The translations under genes were made by a program, and so were the position numbers. Positions 13,048 to 23,033 of a stretch of 64,000 nt of DNA are shown one piece after another. The stretch comes from Laetmonice hystrix (Eukaryota). Within the stretch, counting starts at the first letter, position 1. The number at the start of each line of letters is the position of its first letter. The notes under the pieces are model-generated. The model was not told the DNA's origin, did no database searches, and was given only the letters and a program-made list of their open reading frames with translations. Location: the NCBI GenBank assembly GCA_965235115.1, contig OZ249441.1, positions 16,988,001 to 17,052,000 on the forward strand. Reading direction: 5' to 3'.

Positions 13048-13662
13048 CAGGGCAGTCTGGGGTCGCCTCTGACGGAATCAGACCGTTTGAATAAAGAGTC
13101 CTTACGAAACATGTTCAATCTAGAACCCATGTATGTCCGACATTATCTACATTCATCGGCTCACTTTGTATGTCATTTTAGAATTGGAATGGAAAGCCAT
13201 AAGGACTATAAAGGGAAAGCACAAACAGGTGAAAAATGTCTGCGTTAAAGTAAAATTTAGTGTATCTATACACCAGATTGACATTAGGGGCATTTTTCGC
13301 GATCAGCTTCGCTCTGGTGCGTGACACTACAAGTACTGTCTATGACTTCTCAAATCAAAAGCTGTGTGCTATTCATTCGCCTGTTTGACGTCTACTTCAA
13401 GGTCTATGTCACCTGACGAATGACAATGACAACACTTCATCACAAAAAAAAGGATAACAAATAACAAACTGTGTATACGCCCTGGGTAAACACCATGATT
13501 AAGTGACCCTACAGCGGTTCCCAATGATGGCGAGTATAACCTGTGCGGTCCGCGGTGGTGGCTGGGGTGGTCGGTCGGTGGAGGCAGGGAGAAGGGTTGG
13601 AGGCAGGTACGTCGGGAGAACCACTGTCACCACAATGAAGCCAATGTGCCGACCGAGCACTT

Positions 13663-14982
13663 GACATAGCTCGGTCTGGCCCGGTCCGGCCCGGTCCACC
13701 CTCTCCTCCCTCCCTCCCGCCGAGCCCGACACGCGGCCGGCTGGGGGAGGTGACATGGCTCGGTCCGGCCCGGTCCCTCCTCCCCTCCCTCCCTCCCTTC
13801 CTCCCGCCGGCCAAGCCCGACACGTGGCCGGCTGGGGGAGGTGACATGGCTCGGTCCGGTCCGGCCCGGCCCCCTCCCCTCCCTCCCTCCCGCCCGCCGA
13901 GCCCGACACGTGGCCGGCTGGGGGAGGTGACATGGCTCGGTCCGGCCCGGTCCCCCCCTCCCCTCCCTCCCTCCCGCCCGCCGAGCCCGACACGCGGCCG
14001 GCTGGGGGAGCTGACATGGCTCGGTCCGGCCCGGTCCCTCCCCCTCCCTTCCTCCCGCCCGCCGAGCCCGACACGTGGCCGGCTGGGGGAGGTGACATGG
14101 CTCGGTCCGGCCCGGTCCCCCTCCCCTCCCTCCCTCCCGCCCGCCGAGCCCGACACGTGGCCGGCTGGGGGAGGTGACATGGCTCGGTCCGGCCCGGTCC
14201 CTCCTCCCCTTCCTCCCTCACGCCCGCCGAGCCCGACACGCGGCCGGCTGGGGGAGGTGACATGGCTCGGTCCCTCCCCCTCCTTCCCTCCCGCCCGCCG
14301 GGCCCGACACGTGGCCGGCTGGGGGAGGTGACATGGCTCGGTCCGGCCCGGTCCCCCTCCCCTCCCTCCCTCCCGCCCGCCGAGCCCGACACGTGGCCGG
14401 CTGGGGGAGGTGACATGGCTCGGTCCGGCCCGGTCCCTCCTCCCCTCCCTCCCTCACGCCCGCCGAGCCCGACACGCGGCCGGCTGGGGGAGGTGACATG
14501 GCTCGGTCCGGCCCGGTCCCCCCTCCCTCCCTCCCGCCCGCCGAGCCCGACACGTGGCCGGCTGGGGGAGGTGACATGGCTCGGTCCGGCCCGGTCCCTC
14601 CTCCCCTCCCTCCCTCACGCCCGCCGAGCCCGACACGCGGCCGGCTGGGGGAGGTGACATGGCTCGGTCCGGCCCGGTCCCCCCTCCCTCCCTCCCGCCC
14701 GCCGAGCCCGACACGTGGCCGGCTGGGGGAGGTGACATGGCTCGGTCCGGCCCGGTCCCTCCTCCCCTCCCTCCCTCACGCCCGCCGAGCCCGACACGCG
14801 GCCGGCTGGGGGAGGTGACATGGCTCGGTCCGGCCCGGTCCCCCCTCCCTCCCTCCCGCCCGCCGAGCCCGACACGCGGCCGGCTGGGGGAGGTGACATG
14901 GCTCGGTCCGGCCCGGTCCCTCCCCCTCCCTCCCTCACGCCCGCCGAGCCCGACACGCGGCCGGCTGGGGGAGGTGACATGG
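13663..14982. repeat. Very GC-rich ~80-bp minisatellite, ~16 copies
   Basis: Core cccgccgagcccgacacg(t/c)ggccggctgggggaggtgacatggctcggtccggcccggtccc plus a variable-length C/T tract. Confidence 0.97.
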
Positions 14983-15604
14983 TGTTGTGGGGGTGCGTGT
15001 CCTGGGTTGGCCGGTCGATTCTTTTTGGTCTGAAGAGATATAAGGTTTTGTAACTACATTTGTGTACAATGCTGTACAGAGCTGTAGGTTACCGACTTGT
15101 GATATCGGAGGGCAGTCAGGGAGTGAATTGTTGACAGTATTTCAGCCATATTCAGGGCGATAGGAACCATTATATTTTGCCATACGGTCATAACTTCACT
15201 TGAGCATGAACTTGGCATGTGGACAATTTTGGTGGACGGAAATGAAAACTGGTTCAGAATATTAAAATTAGGCTGACGGAGATTTCCGAATGTAGCAGAG
15301 AATCTCGCGTCACCAATCTTAATTACACCACCCACTCAAATTTTAACATGTCAACAATTATGGGGGGGGGGGGGTGTTGAAGCCTATTAAAACCTACCCA
15401 CTGTTTCTATTAGAAAGTTGCAACCCCCCTCGCCCCCCCGGTTCCGCTGACTCCATAACATTACATTGCCCCCCCCACACACACACACACACTGCTGATG
15501 GCAAACATCATTCACACCTAAACATTAACATTATGACCTCCAGAATAAAGTTAGGATATGATAACCCCCAAAAAATATGCTGACGACATGAATGCCGTCA
15601 TTCA

Positions 15605-16317
15605 TCGTCGCACTCCACGGAGCGACTTTAATGGCGTCATGATAACCGCCTACCGCCTGTCCTAGGATACCCTACCCCTGGGAATCAGGGGTAAGAATGA
15701 TCCACAACTCAACCCCTGGTTGTTCATAAAAGGCTACAAATGGGGCGAGGGTTTGTGTGGAAAAGTGGTCGAGTGTCGGTTTGCAAAATCATCTGCGTGG
15801 CAGAGATGGATGTCCATCTGAAAATGTAATCCATCAAAAGTGAGTATTGCCTCCACCCTCCCACACACACACTTTTGACTCAACGATCGAGGTCCAAGGA
15901 CCTAAATACCGTAAGAGTGTTTCTCCAAATGACGGGAAATAGCATTTTCTGGCAGCCCAAATTAAACAATTTTCCTTGGGAGGCCCTCAGACCCCTGCTG
16001 TCTAAACGGCTCGCTCACGCCTGAATGCTGGCGCCCGCGGGATGAGTTTGCGCCCCCCCCCCTCCCCAAGTTCAAAGACCTTCTACGCCCCTGCTGTTTT
16101 ATGAACGCCCTATTCACACTTTCGCCTCATTTATGCAAATAGCATTAATTATGAATGAATGAATAAGGCTTTATTGAACCTCACTTGTTACATCAAGTAT
16201 TTTGTTCAAAGCGGCACAAATAAACATAAATATTAAAACAACAGTGACAGCAATATATAAATGGTATGTGCAAGATATAAAACGACGCCATTAAAGTCGC
16301 TCCGTGGAGTGCGACGA
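15605..16317. mobile_element. Non-autonomous element bounded by perfect 34-bp inverted repeats
   Basis: tcgtcgcactccacggagcgactttaatggcgtc (15605-15638) is exactly inverted at 16284-16317; no target-site duplication (TSD) seen. Confidence 0.65.
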
Positions 16318-17392
16318 CGATATTATGAAACTACTTCCTGGAGCAGGTTTAGACTGGTCCCCTGTCCCATCTGCGCAGCCATGATGGGACAGAGAACCAG
16401 TCTAGAGTAGGTTCTGGCAAGGGTTCGCTGGTTTTTTTTATTTTTTTCTTAGGCGTGACCCACGTGACCCATGACATCATAAGGATGTCATGGATATTTC
16501 CTTAGGGCTTTAACTTGTAAATGGTTGAAGGTATGGCCATAGTTACTATTAAACACGACTAGGAAGTCATATCAGCTCTTTCCTTTGACACCATTTGCCC
16601 GATTGCAAGGACATAGTTATTCTCGAGAATAACCCAATCTGTGGATTTACGCATATTTTCAGTTACCAGAAAGTCAGAATTTTCTAGCCTTTTCTCATTT
16701 TTGGACACTGGCCCTTATTTCGCTGGCCAAGCACAAAAGAATTTCATTAAACAGGACACGTGACCTTTGAGGTCGCAAGGATGTCATGGTTTCTCAGGGC
16801 TATAACTTGTAAATGATTGAAATTAGATCAAGGCATTACAAACGGAAATGATCTGACTGGTGAGTTGTTTACAACTTAGACCTGAAGCTTCACGTATCAT
16901 CGACTTCTTGCGTAATTGACTTATTCTCATAACGTCATTAGAGGGGGTGGGATCCACTGTGGTTTGAGTCATATTAATGGTTAGTTCATAATTAGCTATT
17001 AATTAGCTCGTGCAAGGACTCATAATTATTACCATTAGTTCACTACGAGTTCAGCTTGGCATGAGTCGTTGTCTCCCGGGGTGAAACTCGGCAATGTGTG
17101 AGAATAGCTTAACCTTCTCTTGTGCAGGCGATTGGAATTTAACGTAGTAGCCAGCTTATATATTTTTTAAATTGCTGACTGAATGGCCGAATCTAAACTT
17201 GACTTTCATAGAAGATCTCCACCTTTACTTCACCTCAGGTCGGGGTGGAGATTCTGGCTCTGATCAAGGTTTGTTATCGCCCCTCCCCACGGTAATATCC
17301 CAACGAAATCTGCCAGGAAGAAGAAACACTATATCACTATTGCTAGCCCCGAACCTTACCCTCACTCCAGGGCTCAGACCAACATAACACAT

Positions 17393-17602
17393 TCATCCTT
17401 GTCCCAAACCACTAGTCCCTCTGTATTGTGTCATTAAGGGAGAACCTAAGTTCAGGTAGTTGATATGATGAAGCCTCTTAATTATCAAAACGACGCCACT
17501 ATAGGTAACTGAGCGAGCAGTAATAAGGAAATACCATTTGAAGATGTTCACCATGGATTCACCGATTCCATAGCTGCCTGAAGCCAAATGCCATCGGCGC
17601 AT
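17393..17602 (-). pseudogene. Possible highly eroded non-LTR retrotransposon reverse transcriptase fragment
   Basis: YGIGESMVNIFKWYF...GTSGLGQG loosely resembles the LINE RT YGI.G..L.W..S.L ... SGVPQG region; no YADD motif seen. Confidence 0.25.
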
Positions 17603-18898
17603 CTAAGTAGCCGTGGCCACCCCGGGTGACCGTTGAGCGACCGTGGCTGCCAGGATACCTGAGCGCCTCCATTAATGCCACCCACACTTTTTCAGATAAA
17701 AAGCGCACAGCACGGCGCCCGCCCCCAAAGACCGTCTCCAGTAGGTGCCCCTCCACTCTCTCGGGCCGCCAACCGCCATTGCACGACATTGTCCCTTTGC
17801 CCTCACTCCTGGAGGCCTATGAGGCGGACCGCTGGGTACGACCCGCCAAAAGGTCAGTCTCGGTTGTCTTGGAGCAATTCATCAACTCCTCTAGGAACTT
17901 CAACACACAGATCGGCCCATCTGACAACTGATATTGACTGCCGTTGATGCATGGCACCTCATTTGTTGTGGGAATGAAAATGTATAGCTAAAACGCCACA
18001 ATAAAATAGGTGGATTACTCACACAAACTTCACCAGATTACGACCATACAAGGGGCGGATTGTATATGTGTACATGTTTTACTCTTGGTAGTTTTAAACT
18101 TGAATAAAATCTTCAAGAAGTAACATTTTTCCACAAGCTATGGACCACTCAAAACTAGAATCGATAGGATTTATGTTGAGTTGTATAAATCCTTCTTCCA
18201 TCGATTACTTCCACCTAAAACTGGCTGCTGAAAAAGGGAGGAGATTTTTGAACTTAGCAGATTTTTGAACCCACCAATCAAAAGCGGTAACTCTCTTCCT
18301 GCCGGCCTTCTATGGCAATGCTTCGTCTTGTTGGTGACAAGACTGCATGTGACGTTCTGCTCAGCTTTCCTCTGAAGACAGGACATTCTCTAAGTTCATC
18401 ACAAACAGTCACAATTGTCTGCTGCAAGGCTTCAAGAACCTCACGTCGATCGTTGAGAGGCACCAACTGAATAGAATCGAACGACTGTCCCCCATGCTGT
18501 GACTATAACATAGTTGTTATGCTAGGTTAAGTGGGTAACACCTATAATCTGTTCAATTATGACAGCCTTTACCTGTTTTCTTCGAACATATCAACAAGGG
18601 CAAAGGAGGACTGGTTTTTTAGGGGGTTTCACGGAACAAAATCCTATCGGGTCTAGATTCTGTTGCAGGATAATGTTCTTAATATCGGTTAAAAGTTTTT
18701 AAACTTTAAAACTATTCTACCAAGAGTATTTTTAACACCCTGTACTAGAGGTTTAAGGCAACTATTCCTACCATACCTCAGCCTTTTTGCTGGACAAAAT
18801 GTGGTGTTTCCACCCTTGCATGTATACATGCATGTGTAAAGAGAAGTACAGACTTCTGAATAGAACTACGTACATACCCTCCCCCAGCCTGATGAGAA

Positions 18899-19392
18899 AA
18901 CAAATTGCAAGAAAACGTTTTAAGGTGGTTTTCTATAGAATAAGGTCTGGAGAAGAACATATCAAAAGTTGGCAAAAATCGGACATGGGGAAAGCCTCGT
19001 TTTCGGCTCAAATCCAAAATGGCCGACATATATGGACTCTAATAATCAAATGAACCTAAATTTGGAACAAATTAACATAGAAACACATTTCAGGTGTCAT
19101 ATTCCACTAAAATTAGGATGCCCATTCGTTTGGTGGTACTTTTGAAGTCGTCAGAGGTCAAGGTCATGGGTTAAGGTCAAGGTCAAGGTCAAATTTGATC
19201 AAACTATGCCATACACCAACAAGACCTACCCCTCAAAAATGACAAGAAACCCTTTTACGGTACTTTTCTGTAGCATAAGGGCTAGAGAGGAACCATATAT
19301 ATTTCGCAAATATGGGACCATAGGAAAGGGTCTAAATATGACGTCAAACAAGATGGCCGCCTATGTTATAAAATGGCTAAAATCTACTCATA
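18899..19392. repeat. Left TIR of the Academ element (outer ~29 bp missing)
   Basis: Reverse complement of 27631-28129. The expected terminal tagtcgggtcaatttaggacatgaccccc is absent. Confidence 0.92.
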
Positions 19393-20223
19393 GCGAGCGC
19401 AGCGAGCCGCGCAGCGGCTCGCGAAGCGAGCTCTATGACAACACGTGTGAAACGGTAGCCAAGGTGACACATACCGTCTCACCAAAAAATTTCGTCACGT
19501 AAAACCGGAACCGGAAAAACCATGGAGCAAATCCATGGAGAAATCCATGGAGGGTCATGTGACCCTTGCAGCGCGTGTGTGATTTGTGACGTCACAGTGA
19601 ACAAACAGTCGCGTGAGTGTTTGTTCACTGTGACGCCACAATATCCCGACGTCCATGCTGCTAAGTGACCAGTCCTGACAGTGGGTGATTTTAAAGTTGG
19701 TGTATTCGCCAGTGTGTAGTGTTAGTGTCAGCGTCAGTGTTAATTTCTACTCCAAACAACTGGTGGCAGTGTAACACTTACACTGGTGTCTGGTGTTAAT
19801 GTCACTGGTGTAAGTGTCACAGCAACTTCATGAATATACGAAAAATCTGGATGATATGAAACCTGGTGTTAACAGCTGGTGTTTACACTAACACCAAGGA
19901 GCCCTGGGACACCAGAAATAAACTCCCTGGTGTTAACAACAGGTGTTAGTGTGATCAGAGTTTATAGGTAGTGTTATTGGGTGTTAGTGGTGCACCCACA
20001 CTCCCTGGAACACTCAGCCCAGGTGTTAATTCCTACCTGGTGTTCTGGCCAAGAAATTTGTAATGGCTCTTCCATAGCCCTAACACTAACGTCTAGGCGT
20101 TAACACCGAAGTGATTTTAAAGCTGGTGTTGCCTGGCCAGCCACGCTGTTTGTGTCTTTTCAAGGGTCTTTTCACCCTGTTTGTGTCTTTTCACGTTAAG
20201 CATAACCTCAACCCAGGGTATCG

Positions 20224-20543
20224 ACTTTTATTCAGCAATTACAGATATCTTCAAATATTTAAAGATATCTTCAATTCAATTTAAGGTATCTTCAAATATT
20301 TAAAGATATCTTCAAAATGAATTGAAGATATCCTCAAATGTTTTGAAGATATCCTCAAATGATTTGAAGATATCTTCAATTCTTTTAGAGATCTGCAAAA
20401 CAATTTAAGCTATACATTTAAAGTGATGTTCGCACCTATCCTTAATTCTATTAAAGATATCTTAAAAAGAATTTCAGATATCTTCTATTGAATTGAAGAG
20501 ATCTTCAAATATTTGAAGATATCTGTAAATGCTGAATAAAAGT
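20224..20543. mobile_element. GATATC-rich MITE (~320 bp)
   Basis: ~35-bp TIR acttttattcagcaattacagatatcttcaaatat / atatttgaagatatctgtaaatgctgaataaaagt (1 mismatch); interior built of gatatcttcaa/ttgaagatatc units. Confidence 0.8.
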
Positions 20544-20874
20544 ACCAACCGCATTCCATAGAAAATACGTTTTGCAGCATGGCAAATCATAATAAATAAA
20601 ATATAGTACTTTTTTCTCAAAACATATAAAACAAAGCAGGTTAGTTTTCACGAAGGTTCAAAACATATTAGGATAGTGAAAGACAGTGTTTTGAGGTCAA
20701 CTATGCTTGAGTTCTAAATGACCCATTTCAAATAGGCCTAAACTATTACAAAAGCTAATAATCAATGGTACGCCTAGTTTATTTAAAAAGATTATAAATT
20801 GGTGTGTAGGGGTGTGTGCGGTGTGGGTGGGGGGTGTAATGGTGGGTTGAAGGTAGGGATCAAGCATAGCCATG

Positions 20875-21143
20875 CAGTGGCGGATCTGGGGGAGGAGTTA
20901 CTGGGGTTGCAACCCCCCTTCAGCCGCTGACTAATGTTGTGATCCCAGGAAAAAGGGGGGGGGATAATAAATGCACGTAGATCTATACAGGTAATACATA
21001 ATCTATAGGCCTTTAGATTGGATATAGGATAATAAGCAACCATATAACCAACCAACCCCCCAACCCCCCGTTGGCGTCCCAACCTCAAACCAAACCTCCA
21101 CCCCCAACCCCCACCCCCAGACGCCGACCTGGATCCGCCCCTG
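20875..21143. mobile_element. GGCGGATCC-end MITE with 5-bp direct flanks
   Basis: cagtggcggatc ... gatccgcccctg; ccatg at 20870-20874 and 21144-21148. Confidence 0.75.
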
Positions 21144-22770
21144 CCATGTTGCGTCATGTTCGGACCACAAGTGGCATCTGTCTGCTGGATTCTCTGACCG
21201 TTGCTGTTAGCATGGTCTAGCATGTTGTGTGTTGATCCTAAGGTTGATGGTTCGATTCCCGGTGTGTCATGTAATTATTTGTCCTTATATTGCAACAGAT
21301 ATGAGACGGACTACAACTGTTTTTATCAGCTGCTTTTGAAATTATTAATTAGTATTTCCTTTATAATTACACCTACTTCCTTTATTTAGTTTCTCTCTCT
21401 TGTCTGAATCACATTTTAAGTTGTGAATCGGGTGAGGTATCAGGGATTCTGGTTACTTTTAGCATACACCAACTTGAAAATCACCCCTGGTGGTAGGCCT
21501 ACGTTTGTCTGTTCTCAGTTGATTTGTATGTTGCTGATTATTATGAGAGTGGCACATATGAAATTGAGACACTTAATATTTTTGAAACTGCAACAGAAAC
21601 CAGTTCACTTCTGACAGGAGGTCTGACGCATTATGGGAAAGCCCCAGATTATGCATGGATGCTCATGTGTAGTTGAAAGCATGAAATATTACTGGTCATA
21701 ATTTGGGAATCGAACTCTGATTTTAACGGGGTCTTGATCATTTTTTCCCAGTGATAGTGTCCTTTCTAGCATGCAGTGTGGATTACTACTAACAACGGGT
21801 GTTGGTGTTAACACTAACATGGTGTATGGTGTGAGTGTTATACTGGTGTGTGTCAGACCAGTGTTAGGAATCCGTATTCAGAAGGTAACCAACTTGAAGT
21901 GTCAGTTGTGTGTTAACACCTGCACTCAGTCTTCCACGGAGTGTAGATCACACGGACACCTGATGTTAACACTGGGCAATTTATTTCTGGTGTCCCAGAG
22001 CTTGTTAGTGTTACTGTTAGTGTAAACACCACCTGTTAACACCAACTTTAAAATCACCCATCGTATATTGTTAGAGTTGTAGGCCTCCTGTCGCTGCGCT
22101 CGCCCTCTAGGTAGCACCTACATCATATTATTGTTGAAATGAGGTGCAATACTGACAATCCCATATCAAGACGTAAAAACTATAGGCCGGCTATAGATAG
22201 AAAATTGTAGGCCTATTCTTATTGTGGTGTGTTAGACCTACCTATCACAGGGACGGTCCTTACGTAAATGGTTACGTCACAAAATTGTCAGGGAACCTAG
22301 GCCCATTGTGACGCCATATTCGACAACATTGGCCCTGTCATTGTCTTTTCACTGGCCTGTGACGTACAATATGGTAGCACCGTCGAATACTAAAGCCGTC
22401 CATTATCATGTTTTTTCGGGACGGTCACGGGCCAATCGGATGGATTATAAGTGATAGAAGTGTTGCATGGGACATTATGACGTTCAGAATGACGTCATAA
22501 CGTTGTTAAAAAAAAATATTTCAACTGGGCGAAAACGATCGGCTCAGTATGAACGGTGCCTGTTTTGGCCCACTGTTTGTCATTAGAACCAGAAGAATCT
22601 GTGTTATTGCCGGGGTCGAGGTGTGGACCCTGCTCCCTAATTGGGTCAGTGCCTGGCCGGGGTCAGTGCTGCCAGTTTGACCTACTCTGCCCAGAAGAAG
22701 ACGGGAATCCCACGGCATCTCTGGACGCCACATGCTGCTACCTAATTGTGATCCTTTTTTTGGCGGAAAG

Positions 22771-23024
22771 GTATGTTGTTAGGAATAATTAAGTATGAGA
22801 AACATAAACAAAAGTAGGCCTACTTGGAATCATTACTGTAGATCTATACTGACAGATCCAGGGGGGGGGGGGGCTTAGGCCCCCCTCCACCAGTTGATTC
22901 TATAGAGTTGTCACAGAGGCTCACTGTTGCACCCTAGCTTTAGGGTTGAGGCTTATCTATTTTATATTTTATCATTTATTTCATATTTTGACTGTTTTAA
23001 ACAAAATGTCTTTACATCTTTCAG
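22771..23024 (+). other. Probable 5' UTR intron of the transposase gene
   Basis: Donor aag|GTATGT at 22771; acceptor tttacatctttcAG at 23024; ATG at 23034. Confidence 0.55.
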
Positions 23025-23033
23025 GTCTTGAAA

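Larger units (their letters stand above)
19682..22060. mobile_element. Nested non-autonomous element with 22-bp TIR and GTGTT/AACAC-rich subterminal regions
   Basis: tgggtgattttaaagttggtgt (19682-19703) is perfectly inverted at 22039-22060; dense ggtgtt/aacac motifs at 19700-20130 and 21790-22040. Confidence 0.7.

Noticed and set aside
13499-15053. Long Pro/Gly/Arg-rich ORFs
   Set aside because: They arise from the GC-rich array, which lacks stops in several frames.
18070-18744. Possible mariner-like element (right end caccctg|TA, short inverted actcttggtag)
   Set aside because: Left end too diverged to define a TIR or TSD.
21215-21270. tRNA-like B box ggttcgattccc
   Set aside because: No cloverleaf; probably an eroded SINE head.
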